Positions 27,049 to 38,402 of a stretch of 64,000 nt of DNA are shown here, piece by piece. The position numbers and the translations under genes are program-made. The notes beneath the pieces are model-generated. The model was not told where the DNA came from. It saw only the letters and a program-made list of their open reading frames with translations, and did no database searches. The stretch spans positions 21,258 through 85,257 of the forward strand of contig CANPNZ010000004.1 in assembly GCA_947575605.1 (NCBI GenBank), read 5' to 3'. The first letter of the stretch is position 1. Every line of letters starts with the position of its first letter. Source of the DNA: an uncultured Clostridium sp. (lineage in GTDB: Bacteria > Bacillota > Clostridia > TANB77 > CAG-508).

Positions 27049-28622
27049 GTAACAACAAATTTTATGTAACAACACCAATTTATTATCCAAGTGGAAGATT
27101 TCACATAGGAACAGCTTATACCACAGTATTAGCAGACAGTATGAAACAATATCATCAGCTAAAAGGGGAAGAAGCCTATATGCTAACGGGAACTGATGAG
27201 CATGGGCAAAAGATAGAAAAAAAAGCACAAGAAACGGGAAAAACGCCAAAAGAGTATGTAGATGAAATGGCAAAAATGGCAAAAGAGCTATGGGCAAAGA
27301 TGGAAATTGAATACGATGATTTTATCCAGACCACAGAAGAAAGACATGAAAAAATTGCCCAAAAGATTTTTGATCGATTCATGGAGCAAGGAGACATTTA
27401 CAAAGGGCAATATGAAGGATGGTATTGTGTACCTTGTGAAACCTTTTTTACGGAAACGCAATTAGTGGATGGAAAATGCCCAGATTGTGGTAGAGAAGTC
27501 GAATTAATGAAAGAAGAATCCTACTTTTTCAATATGAAAAAATATGCGGATCGATTATTAAAATATTATGAAGAACATCCAGACTTTATTAAGCCAGAAT
27601 ACAGAAAAAATGAAATGATAAACAATTTTATCAAACCAGGATTAGAAGATTTGTGTGTAACTAGAACTTCTTTTGATTGGGGAATAAAAGTATTAAAAGA
27701 CCCAAAACATGTTATTTATGTATGGCTAGATGCTTTAACAAACTATATTACAGCATTAGGATACCTATCCGAAGATGACACACTATTTCAAAAATACTGG
27801 CCAGCTGATTTACAAATTGTAGGGAAAGATATTGCGAGATTTCACTTAATTTATTGGCCAATTTTCCTAATGGCATTAGACTTACCACTACCAAAAACCA
27901 TATTAGTGCATAACTGGATTATGATGAAAGATGGAAAAATGTCCAAATCAAAAGGAAATGTCATTTATCCAGAAACATTAATAGAACGATATGGATTGGA
28001 TAGTGTTAGGTACTTTTTACTAAGAGAAATGCCAGTTTCACAAGATGGTATTTTTTCACCAGAAGCATTTGTAGAAAGATACAATTTTGATTTATGCAAT
28101 GATTTAAGCAATTTATTAAATAGAACGATATCTATGGTAAATAAATACTTTGGAGGAAATGTACCAGCCTATCAAGGAACACCAAATGAAGTAGATAGTG
28201 AATTAGAAGAATATACCCTATCACAGATTGAAAAATTTGATGAAAAATGGAACAACTATGAAATTGCCAATAGCATACAAGAAATTTGGAACCTAATTGC
28301 TAGAACCAATAAATACATTGATGAAACTATGCCATGGGCATTAGCTAAAGAAGAGCAAACAGAAAAATTAGAATCTTGTATGTACCATTTAATTGAAAAC
28401 CTAAGAAAAATTGCAATTTTAATTAAACCCTTTATGAAAGATACGGCTAATAATATATTGAGACAAATCGGAATACAAGAAAAAGATATGAAAAATTGGA
28501 AAAACTTGAAAGAATATCAAACAATAGAAAACACTAAGGTAATTGAAAAAGGGGAACCAATTTTTATGAGATTAAACGCAGAAGAAGAAGTAGAATTTTT
28601 AAAGAAAGTAATGAACCAATAA
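27045..28622 (+). CDS. metG: methionine--tRNA ligase (short form without the C-terminal tRNA-binding domain)
   Basis: HIGH-type motif FHIGTAYT, zinc knuckle CVPCE...CPDCG, KMSKS. Confidence 0.95.
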   Translation: MSNNKFYVTTPIYYPSGRFHIGTAYTTVLADSMKQYHQLKGEEAYMLTGTDEHGQKIEKKAQETGKTPKEYVDEMAKMAKELWAKMEIEYDDFIQTTEERHEKIAQKIFDRFMEQGDIYKGQYEGWYCVPCETFFTETQLVDGKCPDCGREVELMKEESYFFNMKKYADRLLKYYEEHPDFIKPEYRKNEMINNFIKPGLEDLCVTRTSFDWGIKVLKDPKHVIYVWLDALTNYITALGYLSEDDTLFQKYWPADLQIVGKDIARFHLIYWPIFLMALDLPLPKTILVHNWIMMKDGKMSKSKGNVIYPETLIERYGLDSVRYFLLREMPVSQDGIFSPEAFVERYNFDLCNDLSNLLNRTISMVNKYFGGNVPAYQGTPNEVDSELEEYTLSQIEKFDEKWNNYEIANSIQEIWNLIARTNKYIDETMPWALAKEEQTEKLESCMYHLIENLRKIAILIKPFMKDTANNILRQIGIQEKDMKNWKNLKEYQTIENTKVIEKGEPIFMRLNAEEEVEFLKKVMNQ

Positions 28623-28649
28623 TAGAGGAATCAAAAAAGGACGTAAGAA

Positions 28650-29552
28650 ATGGTAAAAGATAAAATTTATAAAATAACAATAGACGAAAAACATTTGAAT
28701 ACCAAAAAAGTAGCGATATTGCTATTAATTGTAGTAGTAGCAGTTGGACTTATTATGCTAGCCAAAAATTCAACTGAGATCCTAAAAAATCACAAAGTAT
28801 ATGAGCAGTATGAAGCACAATTAGGGGCATTAGCGAAACAAGAAGAAAGTAAACAAGCACAAATAGAAGAAAAAAAGCAAGAAAGAATTCCTAAGCTAAC
28901 ACAAGAAGGGAAAGAAAAGTTAGAAAATATTTATCATGCAGAAACCAGAAGAGCTTTCTTGACTTTTGACGATGGACCTTCTACGGTAACGCCAACCATT
29001 CTGGATGTTTTGAAGCAAGAAAATGTGAAAGCAACCTTTTTTGTATTAGGAGCAGGCGTAAAGGCAATGCCAGAAACCACCAAAAGAATTTATGAAGAAG
29101 GACATTATATTGCCAATCATGGGTACACGCATTCCTACTCTACCATTTATTCTTCACCACAAGCAGTATTAGACGAATTTAATCAATGTAATGAGGCAGT
29201 GAGAAATGCCATTGGCGTACCAGAATATCATTCCCATTTATTCCGCTTTCCAGGAGGACTTCCAGGTGGAAAATATGCAGAAATAAAACGACAGGCCAAT
29301 GAATTATTGTTGCAAAATGATATTTTACATGTAGACTGGAATGCACTGACAGGAGACGCTGAAACAGCCAATCCCACCATAGAATTTGAAAGGCAACGAA
29401 TCGAAGAAACGGTAGCCAATAAAAGTAGTGTTGTTATTTTAATGCATGATGCAGAAGCGAAAAAGGTTACGGCAGAAGCCTTACCACAAATTATTTCTTG
29501 GTTAAGAGAAAATGGATATGAATTTAAGAATTTTTATGATATTATGAAGTAA
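28650..29552 (+). CDS. polysaccharide deacetylase (NodB homology domain), membrane anchored
   Basis: N-terminal TM. LTFDDGPS, ANHGYTH, LFRFPGG. Confidence 0.85.
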   Translation: MVKDKIYKITIDEKHLNTKKVAILLLIVVVAVGLIMLAKNSTEILKNHKVYEQYEAQLGALAKQEESKQAQIEEKKQERIPKLTQEGKEKLENIYHAETRRAFLTFDDGPSTVTPTILDVLKQENVKATFFVLGAGVKAMPETTKRIYEEGHYIANHGYTHSYSTIYSSPQAVLDEFNQCNEAVRNAIGVPEYHSHLFRFPGGLPGGKYAEIKRQANELLLQNDILHVDWNALTGDAETANPTIEFERQRIEETVANKSSVVILMHDAEAKKVTAEALPQIISWLRENGYEFKNFYDIMK

Positions 29553-29567
29553 AAAGGAGAGAGAATT

Positions 29568-31901
29568 TTGCCTAAGAATGAAGAGAAAAACGCAAGTATA
29601 GAAGAAAAATTAGAATATTTAGGATTAGATTTAGCAAAAATACCATTAGGACTTAGGAAAGTACAGCCATTAGAATTTAGACCACCTAAATTTTATGACG
29701 AAAAACAATATAGACAATATCGCTATATTTTGCTTAAAGACATACAAATTCTATTATCACCAACCAATCGTTTAGACGAAATAGAAGAAAAATATGAAAA
29801 AGCGAGTCCATTAGCAGATTATTTAGATAGTAAAAGCCAAAAAAATATTTTAAAATATACTAAGTTTTTAAGTATGTTAAAAAAAGTAAAAATAAGTGAA
29901 ATTGAAGAAATCGAAGAAGAACAGGCAAATCTAAATAAAAAAATACCATTTAAAGTAAAATTTAAAGGAAATTACTTGTGGCAAATTTATTATTCAGAAA
30001 ATACAGATAAATACTTTATGTTAGTGCCAACAGAAGATACCAACTATGCTACCTTTTTCTTTTTATTAAAAAAACAATTAGAAAGAAAAAGAACCAATAA
30101 AATTTTTGTGCCAATTAGTAATGTGGGATATAGTCAAGAATACTTAAGAAAAGCACAATTTGCAGATATCGAGAATTACTTGTGGTTATTTACAAAAGAT
30201 TGGCCACTGGTGTATGAAGTATATGATAAAAACAATCAATTAAGCATACAAATAGTAGGAGAAACGGAAGTATACGAAAGAATAAAAAGTCCTTATCGAA
30301 TTCAATTAGAAAGTAAGGAAGAAGCCAATCGATTTTATAAATTAGTCAAAGCGATGTTTATTTTGCAAACAGAGTTACCCCATTATTTTACCTTTCAAAC
30401 AAACATTGGAAAAACGGGAGAAATTGAATTTTCGATAGAAGATAAAGTGATCGAATATGATACCCTTCCACAATGGATTAATGAAGAATGTAAGACAGGA
30501 AAGGCAAGAATACAAGAAGCGATAGAAATTATAAAAGCGAGTAAAAGAAAATTAAGAAATTTGAAAGAAGAAGTAGCCATACAAGAAATAGAATATCTAG
30601 CCAAAGAAAAGCAAATTTCTACTTTTTTAGAATGTAAAAAAACATTTTTTGGTAAATTCAAATATTATTTTAAATACAATAAAAAGAAGAATAAAAGAGA
30701 AATGCAACCAAATGAAGAAATAGAAACAGAAAATATACCAGAACAATCAGAAAACGATAAATCCGTAAAAGAAGTTACAAAAGAGGAAAAAATTAAAAGA
30801 AGAAAGAAAAAAGAAATTCCAGATAAAGAAAATTACACCATTGAAGAATTAATAGACATCTATAAAGAGTTAGAAAAATTGGAATACATACTAAAAAACA
30901 TTATGCTAGATGTCAATAGTTTAAAATTAAAAAGAAAGAATATGGCGAAAAAAATTGAAAATGCCACTTTATTCATAGAGGAAATAGATAGCCATAAAAA
31001 AAGTATCTTTGAATTTTGGAAGTATAGCAATAAAGATGCCATAGCCACCTTGCCAGAAGGAGAAGAAGAGGAAGCTAATATTACGAAAAAGAAGATTACC
31101 AAGATTTTTGATTATGAAGAAGATCTTGAAAAATTCGGAAACATGATGGATAAAATACAAAGAAAAGTATTAACGAAACAAGAGACAGATAGCATATATA
31201 TTACTTCTACCAACCTAATAGAAATAATAAACCGTGTGAAGAATAATGAAGTAGTACCAAAAGATATAACAGCTAGTTTACGAGAATTGAAAAAAGAGGC
31301 AATGGAAGAAAAGACATTAATGGAAAACGAAGAGTTTGATATTTTTGGAGGAATGGCACAAGACAAATCGAAGTTATCTAAAATTAAAAATAAAAGACAT
31401 AGAGAAATAGCAAAAGATAAATTTGTTATCTTAGATATTGCCAAGACGACAAAGCAAATAGGTTATAAATTAGCTTTAGAAAAAGTAATAGAAAATGTAA
31501 AAACTGCTTTGAAAAAAGTAGTCATTCCAGAAGATATACCAGTATATAAAGCAATTGAAAATGAATTATTAGACGAAAAACAAATCAATATTTTTAACAT
31601 CAATCCAGAAGCAGAAATGAAAGAATTTATGAAGCAAGATAAAGCTAAAATTAATTTCTATAAAATTAACTTAAAAAGAGGGGCAAGTGCCATTAGCTTT
31701 ACCAATAGTATCTTTTATGATAATCAAAATAGAACGCTGCCAATTGGACAAGATTTATCAACTAACATTTTAGTCGATGTTGCTAAATTAAATATGGAAT
31801 TGAAGAAAAAGACTACTTTTAAGGTGGTAGATTTAGGAAAGGAAAATGATTTTTCTACCCTTACAATTAAAACGATTCGTGTTTTTGAATACGACGCATA
31901 G
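29568..31901 (+). CDS. large hypothetical Lys/Glu-rich protein (777 aa)
   Basis: TTG start after AAGGAGAGAG. Long uninterrupted ORF with coiled-coil-like central part. No motif I can name. Confidence 0.6.
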   Translation: MPKNEEKNASIEEKLEYLGLDLAKIPLGLRKVQPLEFRPPKFYDEKQYRQYRYILLKDIQILLSPTNRLDEIEEKYEKASPLADYLDSKSQKNILKYTKFLSMLKKVKISEIEEIEEEQANLNKKIPFKVKFKGNYLWQIYYSENTDKYFMLVPTEDTNYATFFFLLKKQLERKRTNKIFVPISNVGYSQEYLRKAQFADIENYLWLFTKDWPLVYEVYDKNNQLSIQIVGETEVYERIKSPYRIQLESKEEANRFYKLVKAMFILQTELPHYFTFQTNIGKTGEIEFSIEDKVIEYDTLPQWINEECKTGKARIQEAIEIIKASKRKLRNLKEEVAIQEIEYLAKEKQISTFLECKKTFFGKFKYYFKYNKKKNKREMQPNEEIETENIPEQSENDKSVKEVTKEEKIKRRKKKEIPDKENYTIEELIDIYKELEKLEYILKNIMLDVNSLKLKRKNMAKKIENATLFIEEIDSHKKSIFEFWKYSNKDAIATLPEGEEEEANITKKKITKIFDYEEDLEKFGNMMDKIQRKVLTKQETDSIYITSTNLIEIINRVKNNEVVPKDITASLRELKKEAMEEKTLMENEEFDIFGGMAQDKSKLSKIKNKRHREIAKDKFVILDIAKTTKQIGYKLALEKVIENVKTALKKVVIPEDIPVYKAIENELLDEKQINIFNINPEAEMKEFMKQDKAKINFYKINLKRGASAISFTNSIFYDNQNRTLPIGQDLSTNILVDVAKLNMELKKKTTFKVVDLGKENDFSTLTIKTIRVFEYDA

Positions 31902-31962
31902 TTAAAGAACCAAAAGGTCTCCTTTGCATATAATAAATTAATAATACGCAAAGGAGGCTTTT

Positions 31963-33220
31963 ATGATGAAAAAGAAGAGACGAATATTAGTCATCTTTAT
32001 GATAGTAACCTTCCTATTTTTTGCAGATATTAATATCACATATGCATTAACTCCTAGTTCCAATCCACAATATCAAGGAATTGATGTAAGCAATTGGCAA
32101 GGATACATAGATTATCGACAGGTACGAGAAAGTGGAATCGAAGTAGTGTATATCAAATCCAGTCAAGGAAGTAATATCAAAGATGCCTATTTTGATATTA
32201 ATTACGAAAATGCCAAAGCAAATGGGCTAAAAGTTGGATTTTATCATTTTTTAACAGCAACCAATACGCGGAGAAGCGGAACAAGAAGCTCGATTTTTTG
32301 CGTCTGTTATAGCGGGAAAACAACCAGATTGTAAATTGGTTATGGACTATGAAGTATTTGGAGGTGTGAGTGTAGAAGAATCCAACAATATAGCACAAGT
32401 ATTTTTGGAAACTGTCAAAAGATTAACCAATAAAGAAGTAATTGTATATAGTGATTTGTCCAATGCACGAGATCGATTTAATAGAAATATTGCTGATAAT
32501 TATGAACTATGGATTGCTTATTATGGAGATTATAATAATTTAAGATATGTAGAAACCAGTTGGGAAAGATGGATTGGTGTTCAATATACCGATAGAGGTT
32601 ATGTACCTGGTATACGTGGTAATGTAGATAGAGATTTATATACAGAAAATATTTTCTTATCTGATACCAGTGAGATACCAAATACAGATAATCCAAATGA
32701 TGGTATTAACACAGAAACGGTTTCTTATACAGTTCAAAGTGGAGATACCTTGTCTGCTATTGCTAGTCGTTATGGAACAACAGTACAAGAATTGGTGGAT
32801 ATCAATCGATTGTCCAATCCGAATTTAATTTATCCTGGTGAAACGCTAAGAATTGCTACTAATTCTACAACACATGGTTCAGAAACAAGAGGAACAGGAA
32901 GTATTACCTATACTGTAAAAAGAGGGAATACCTTATCCCAAATTGCAGCTGCTTATGGCGTTACCGTTGCTCATATTGTGGAATTAAATAATATACAAAA
33001 TCCAAATTTGATTTATCCAGGTCAAAAATTGAGAATTACAGAGAGTAGTAATACCAATCTAAACCCAGTGATACAAAATAATTTTTATACAGTACAAAGG
33101 GGAGATACTTTGTCTGGTATTGCTAGAAGATATGGCGTTTCTGTTCAATATTTGGTTAACTTAAATGGTATTCGTAACCCCAATTTGATTTATCCAGGTC
33201 AGATGATTCGAGTTTCTTAA
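31963..33220 (+). pseudogene. GH25 lysozyme with three C-terminal LysM repeats, interrupted by a +1 break at in-frame CGG (32269)
   Basis: Signal peptide. GIDVSNWQG...VYIKSSQG...[11 protein letters not shown]|[10 protein letters not shown]...VMDYE. Three [14 protein letters not shown] LysM units. Confidence 0.85.
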
Positions 33221-33230
33221 TAGAAATGAA

Positions 33231-33266
33231 AATAGGTAAGTAAAGTATTACTTATCTATTTTTTTG
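33231..33266 (+). terminator. intrinsic terminator after the lysozyme gene
   Basis: 12-bp stem AATAGGTAAGTA/TACTTATCTATT with one G-U pair, followed by a T-run. Confidence 0.6.
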
Positions 33267-33344
33267 TAATTTAATAGATAAAGTTTGAGTGGTCCTTGCA
33301 AAATATACAAAAAATAGTAACATAATTTTGAGAGAGGATGTTGA

Positions 33345-34691
33345 ATGATGGCTTATTCTGAACAAATAAAGAAGGAAGTAAAAGAAAGATTAGCAAAAGG
33401 AGAAAAAGTAAAACAAATTAGTGAACAAACAGGAATTAGTGTAGCTACACTTTACAAATGGAAGAAAGAAATACAAGTACAAAATGAAAAGAAAAATAGT
33501 AAAGAAGAGAGAAAAGAAGTAGATAAGGAAGAGAAAATAGCAAGTAAGGAGATAAAAAGATTAATTAAATTGGGACAATTGGATAAAGCGAGTAAATTAA
33601 CAGTAAAATATCCATTAGTTCCTATTATTCAATCACAACGAGTAGCCATAGCAATAAGAAAAGGAGAGTATAAAGAAGCCAAAAGAATAGGATACCAAGA
33701 ACAATTTAAAAATAATGGACCAATTCAATCACAGATGATAACAGTAGCAATAAGAAAAGGAGAGTATAAAGAAGCCAAAAGAATAGGATACCAAGAACAA
33801 TTTAAAAATGATTCACTAATTCAACCACAAATTGAAAGTATTAGCGAAACAAAAAATTTCAATAATAAAAACGAACAAACTTCCAAAATATTAAATCAAA
33901 TAGCAACAAAACTTTATTATGGTAAAATAGATGATGATGACATAAAAGAAATAAAAGAGAGTAGGGAAATACCTGATTTTGAAAAAAATCTTATACTATT
34001 GGCTATATATGAAAAACAAAAAGATGTTGCAAAAGTAAAAAGATTAGTGCAAAATTATAAAAAAGGAAATGAAAAATCAAAAAATAATAAACTTTTTAAT
34101 ATGATTATGCAAAGAATTCAAAGCAAGAAAACAAAGATATTTGATTATGGATTTTATAGTGAGCTATTACATTGGGAAATAGATCCTGAATTAAAAGATA
34201 GATATGATAGAGAGAAAAAAGAAGAAGAAGGGTTACCTGAAGGAATTATAAAAAGAATCCAACCAACACACAGTAATGATGGAAAATATAAAACAGGTGT
34301 AACAGCACAAAATGAAAAAAAGTATCATAAAGGAGAACAAACAAGAATAACAGTTGTTAAGCATAATAGTAGATTAGAAGATAATAGAAATAATTTTAGA
34401 CAAAGAATCAAAACGGAGCCAAGAATTGATAATGAAGAAATTGCTAGAAGAGATAGAGAAATAAAGTACTTTGGTGCAGTAATGGAATATTTAAAAGAAA
34501 AAAGACGTGTTATCTATGTAAAAATGCAATCCAGTTATCCTGAGATTCAAGAAATTGGAATTTCACAATGGGATAAGATGGAAGCATTAATAGAAAAAGT
34601 AAAGGATAAGAAAGAGGATAAAGAATACTTAGAAAAGTTATATTACAAAATTTTAAGATTACAAGAAAAGGAAAACGGAATGGATAGATAA
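33345..34691 (+). CDS. hypothetical protein with an N-terminal HTH and an internal tandem repeat
   Basis: KQISEQTGISVATLYKWKK is HTH-like. The 32-aa unit IAIRKGEYKEAKRIGYQEQFKN... occurs twice. Lys/Glu rich. Confidence 0.6.
   Translation: MMAYSEQIKKEVKERLAKGEKVKQISEQTGISVATLYKWKKEIQVQNEKKNSKEERKEVDKEEKIASKEIKRLIKLGQLDKASKLTVKYPLVPIIQSQRVAIAIRKGEYKEAKRIGYQEQFKNNGPIQSQMITVAIRKGEYKEAKRIGYQEQFKNDSLIQPQIESISETKNFNNKNEQTSKILNQIATKLYYGKIDDDDIKEIKESREIPDFEKNLILLAIYEKQKDVAKVKRLVQNYKKGNEKSKNNKLFNMIMQRIQSKKTKIFDYGFYSELLHWEIDPELKDRYDREKKEEEGLPEGIIKRIQPTHSNDGKYKTGVTAQNEKKYHKGEQTRITVVKHNSRLEDNRNNFRQRIKTEPRIDNEEIARRDREIKYFGAVMEYLKEKRRVIYVKMQSSYPEIQEIGISQWDKMEALIEKVKDKKEDKEYLEKLYYKILRLQEKENGMDR
33621..33840 (+). 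repeat. 96-nt tandem repeat (about 2.3 units) inside the 33345 CDS
   Basis: 63 nt are identical between 33651-33713 and 33747-33809. The period of 96 nt is in-frame. Confidence 0.85.
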
Positions 34692-34761
34692 TATTTTGAA
34701 AAAAATCTGGACAATAAAAAAAATATGTGCTAAGATATATGAGTACATATTTTTTTAATAT

Positions 34762-34844
34762 GCCGATGTGGCGGAATTGGTAGACGCACTGGATTCAAAA
34801 TCCAGCGGGAAACCATGTGGGTTCGAGTCCCACCATCGGTACCA
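34762..34844 (+). tRNA. tRNA-Leu (anticodon CAA), long variable arm
   Basis: Acceptor GCCGATG/CATCGGT, anticodon stem CTGGA/TCCAG with loop TTCAAAA, variable arm, T-loop GGTTCGAGTCC, encoded CCA. Confidence 0.9.
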
Positions 34845-34920
34845 AAAATTATGATAAATAGGAATAATTTGTCATTAAATTTCAAATAATACAAAATAAG
34901 AATAGGGAGGAAAAAAGAAG

Positions 34921-35460
34921 ATGGAATTAAAAGGAAGTAAAACAGAACAAAACTTAATGGAGGCATTTGCCGGAGAATCACAAGCAAGAAATAAGTATAC
35001 CTATTTTGCAAGTAAAGCCAAAAAAGAAGGATATGAGCAAATAGCAGCTATATTCCAAGAAACCGCAGACAATGAAAAAGAACATGCTAAAATTTGGTTC
35101 AAATTATTACAAGGAGGAGACATTCAAGGAACAGCAGAGAACTTAAAAGCAGCAGCAGAAGGAGAAAACTATGAATGGACAGACATGTATGACAGAATGG
35201 CAAAAGAAGCCAAAGAAGAAGGGTTTGACCATATTGCTTATCTTTTTGAAGAAGTTGGAAAAATAGAAAAAGAACATGAAGAAAGATATAAAAAATTATT
35301 AGAAAATGTAGAAGATGGCTTAGTATTTAGTCGTGATGGAGATAAGATCTGGAAATGTAGAAATTGTGGACATATTGTGATAGGAAAACAAGCACCAGAA
35401 ATTTGCCCAGTATGTGCTCATCCAAAAGCATATTTTGAAATCAAAGCAGAAAATTATTAA
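34921..35460 (+). CDS. rbr: rubrerythrin
   Basis: Ferritin-like diiron motifs (E..H twice: [16 protein letters not shown]) plus C-terminal rubredoxin-like CRNCGH...CPVCAHP. Confidence 0.9.
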   Translation: MELKGSKTEQNLMEAFAGESQARNKYTYFASKAKKEGYEQIAAIFQETADNEKEHAKIWFKLLQGGDIQGTAENLKAAAEGENYEWTDMYDRMAKEAKEEGFDHIAYLFEEVGKIEKEHEERYKKLLENVEDGLVFSRDGDKIWKCRNCGHIVIGKQAPEICPVCAHPKAYFEIKAENY

Positions 35461-35470
35461 TATCCATATA

Positions 35471-35511
35471 AAAGACTGTATTCAATAAAACGAATAGAGT
35501 CTTTGTTTTTT
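35471..35511 (+). terminator. intrinsic terminator after rbr
   Basis: 13-bp stem AAAGACTGTATTC/GAATAGAGTCTTT with one mismatch, followed by a T-run. Confidence 0.6.
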
Positions 35512-35550
35512 AAAAGATGAAATTAAGAAGTACAAAAAGGAGAAAGAAAC

Positions 35551-36309
35551 ATGCCCAAATTTTTTGTAAGTAAACAAAATGTAAAAGATGATAAAATAAT
35601 AATAGTAGGTCAAGACGTAAATCACTTAAAAAATGTATTAAGAAAAAAGACAGGAGATACCATAACTATATGTAATACAGACACGGCGATCGATTATTTA
35701 TGTGAAATTCAAGAATTAGAAGAGAAAAAAATTACATGTCATATCTTACAGAAATTAGAAGCTAATGCAGAATCCCATATAAAAGTAACCATTTTACAGG
35801 GATTACCAAAGGCAGACAAAATGGAATTCGTCATTCAAAAATCCGTTGAACTGGGTGTTTACGATATTACGCCAGTAGAGATGAAAAGATGTGTTGTTAA
35901 ACTAAATGAGAAAGACAAAAGAAAAAAGATAGATAGATGGCAAAAGATAGCAGAAGTAGCAGCCAAGCAAAGTGGGAGAAATACGATTCCTAAAATAAAT
36001 GACAGTATTTCGGTTAAAAATGTTTGTAATTTATGCCAAGAATATGATATAGTAATAGTGGCCTATGAAAATGAAAAACAAAATAAATTGCGATATGAAT
36101 TAGAAAAATTAAAATTAAATGAAACACAAGCGTTAAAAATTGCGATTTTAATAGGTCCAGAAGGTGGCATCGAAGATTCAGAAATAGCATTATTACAAGA
36201 AAGCGGTGCTAAAATAGTAACATTAGGAAATAGAATTCTAAGAACAGAAACCGTAGCATTAAATATATTAAGTATTATCATGTATGAACTAGAAGATAAT
36301 ATTAGTTAG
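35551..36309 (+). CDS. rsmE: 16S rRNA (uracil1498-N3)-methyltransferase RsmE
   Basis: N-terminal PUA-like domain. LIGPEGGIEDSE and LGNRILRTETVAL are typical of RsmE. Confidence 0.85.
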   Translation: MPKFFVSKQNVKDDKIIIVGQDVNHLKNVLRKKTGDTITICNTDTAIDYLCEIQELEEKKITCHILQKLEANAESHIKVTILQGLPKADKMEFVIQKSVELGVYDITPVEMKRCVVKLNEKDKRKKIDRWQKIAEVAAKQSGRNTIPKINDSISVKNVCNLCQEYDIVIVAYENEKQNKLRYELEKLKLNETQALKIAILIGPEGGIEDSEIALLQESGAKIVTLGNRILRTETVALNILSIIMYELEDNIS

Positions 36310-36329
36310 GAGAAAGGAATGAAATAAAA

Positions 36330-37010
36330 ATGACGAAGGACTTAATAGAAAAAGAGAATAAAAAAAACAAAAAGAAAAAAATTCCCAAAGAAATATCACA
36401 AGAAATTTTAAAGAAGATATTTGGTAATTTGTTAAAAGCAGTAGGAGTTATGATTTATTTCATCATCTTAAGTTTAGCCTATGTTACCATGCAACAAGAA
36501 AGACTAATAGGTGACATTGAAGTATTTGCAGGAGCATTTTTGGTAATTGGTATCGTATTTTTAGAAAAAGCGTATAAAAAAGATAATGGTAGTATAGCCA
36601 TTACAGGAATAGAATTTTTATTCTTATCCTTACATAGTTTATCCATTATGCATATAATTACCTTGTTAAAATACGACTTTAGACTTTATTTATTAACTTC
36701 TTCTTATGTTCTATCTATTTATTTTGTATTGAAATCAATTCTATTATATACCAAAGGAAGAAAAGATTATTTAAATAGTTTAAGTGATATTTCTGAAATT
36801 GTAAAAAAGGATGAGCCAATCAAAAAAGAAGCTAGAAAAAGAGGGGAAGAAAAAGAAACCAAAATAGAAGAGCAAAAAGAGAAGGAAGAAATAGAAGAAA
36901 AAACAGAAGAAAATTTGCAAAAGGAAATGAACCAAGAGGAAGAAGTCAAAATTTCTAAGAAGAAAAAGAATAGACATAAAAAGAAAAAGTCCAAAAAGAA
37001 AAAGAGGTAA
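36330..37010 (+). CDS. hypothetical membrane protein with a Lys/Glu-rich C-terminal tail
   Basis: Four predicted TM helices followed by a low-complexity KE-rich tail. Confidence 0.55.
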   Translation: MTKDLIEKENKKNKKKKIPKEISQEILKKIFGNLLKAVGVMIYFIILSLAYVTMQQERLIGDIEVFAGAFLVIGIVFLEKAYKKDNGSIAITGIEFLFLSLHSLSIMHIITLLKYDFRLYLLTSSYVLSIYFVLKSILLYTKGRKDYLNSLSDISEIVKKDEPIKKEARKRGEEKETKIEEQKEKEEIEEKTEENLQKEMNQEEEVKISKKKKNRHKKKKSKKKKR

Positions 37011-37016
37011 GATAGA

Positions 37017-37892
37017 ATGATAAAAAGTATGACAGGATATGGCAAATCTAATTTAACGGAAAATAACAGAGAATATCAAATAGAAATAAAAAGTGTAAAT
37101 CATAGATATTTAGACATTACCGTAAAAATGCCAAGAGTATTAAGTTATTTGGAGGAAGATGTAAAAAAAGAAATAGCCTCTCAAGTAAAAAGGGGAAAAA
37201 TAGATGTTTTTATTACGTTTCAAAATAATTCAACAGAAGGCAAAGAAATAAAAATCAACCAGGAACTTGCCAAAATATATATCGAACAATTAAAAAATTT
37301 AGCCAAAGAAGAAGAAATTTCAGCCAATATAGAAGTAACAGAAATTTCAAAATTCCCAGATGTTTTAAATATACAAAATAAGCAAGAAGATGAAAACATT
37401 AAAAATGAATTATTAGGAACTGTAAAACAAGCCACCTATAATTTAGTACAAATGAGAGCCACAGAAGGCAGTAAAATAGCAGAGGATTTATTAACAAGAA
37501 TTACTACCATTCAAGAAAAAGTAAAAGAAATATCTTCACTTTCTACTGGACTTATTGACGAATATGTAGTAAAATTAGAGGGTAGAATAAAGGAAATATT
37601 AAAAAATCAAGAACTAGATGAAGCACGATTGGCACAAGAAGTGGTGATTTATGCGGATAAATGTTCTATCGAAGAAGAAGTAACAAGATTAAAAAGCCAT
37701 ATATTACAATTTGAAAAACTTTTACAGACAGAAGAAGCGATTGGAAAAAAGTTGGATTTTATCATTCAAGAAATGAATCGAGAAACCAATACAATTGGCT
37801 CAAAGGCTAATAATCTAGAAATTACCAATGGCGTGATTGAAATAAAAACGGAATTGGAGAATGTGAGAGAGCAAGTACAAAACATTGAATAG
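37017..37892 (+). CDS. yicC: YicC/YloC family endoribonuclease
   Basis: MTGYG start, DVFI.., C-terminal [19 protein letters not shown] (DUF1732). Confidence 0.85.
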   Translation: MIKSMTGYGKSNLTENNREYQIEIKSVNHRYLDITVKMPRVLSYLEEDVKKEIASQVKRGKIDVFITFQNNSTEGKEIKINQELAKIYIEQLKNLAKEEEISANIEVTEISKFPDVLNIQNKQEDENIKNELLGTVKQATYNLVQMRATEGSKIAEDLLTRITTIQEKVKEISSLSTGLIDEYVVKLEGRIKEILKNQELDEARLAQEVVIYADKCSIEEEVTRLKSHILQFEKLLQTEEAIGKKLDFIIQEMNRETNTIGSKANNLEITNGVIEIKTELENVREQVQNIE

Positions 37893-37906
37893 AATGGAGG
37901 GATAAC

Positions 37907-38164
37907 ATGCAATTAGTCAATATAGGATTTGGAAATATTGTATCGTCAGAAAGAATTGTGGCGATTGTAAGTCCAGAGTCGGCACCCATTAAAAGAATGG
38001 TACAAGAGGCCAAAGACAATAAAACGGCAGTAGATGCAACCTATGGAAGAAGGACCAGAGCGGTATTGATTATGGATTCCGGTCATATTATATTATCAGC
38101 AGTTCAACCAGAAACCGTAGGAGGAAGAATTGATAAATCAATATCACAAGAATTTGATAAATAA
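37907..38164 (+). CDS. remA: RemA/DUF370 family regulator
   Basis: [28 protein letters not shown]...[18 protein letters not shown]. Confidence 0.85.
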   Translation: MQLVNIGFGNIVSSERIVAIVSPESAPIKRMVQEAKDNKTAVDATYGRRTRAVLIMDSGHIILSAVQPETVGGRIDKSISQEFDK

Positions 38165-38213
38165 TAATGACTAAGTATAATAAAATAAAGATAGAAAAGA
38201 AAGGGTGTATAAC

Positions 38214-38402
38214 ATGATTGTAAAACCAACCGTAGGTCAATTATTGACCAAAGCACAAAACAGATATGAATTAGTAATTGCAACAGCAAGAAGAGCAAGA
38301 CAAATAGCAGCAGGAGACGAGGCAAAAACAAAGGCAAAAGAGGAATCACCAGTAACCTTAGCTGCTAATGAAATAGCAGAAGGGAAGGTAACCATATGTT
38401 AG
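38214..38402 (+). CDS. rpoZ: DNA-directed RNA polymerase subunit omega
   Basis: PTVGQLLTKAQNRYELVIATARRARQI. ATG at 38214 preferred over GTG at 38205. Confidence 0.85.
   Translation: MIVKPTVGQLLTKAQNRYELVIATARRARQIAAGDEAKTKAKEESPVTLAANEIAEGKVTIC

Noticed and set aside
34730-35011. 93-aa minus-strand ORF
   Set aside because: It overlaps tRNA-Leu and the rbr start in antisense, and is low complexity.
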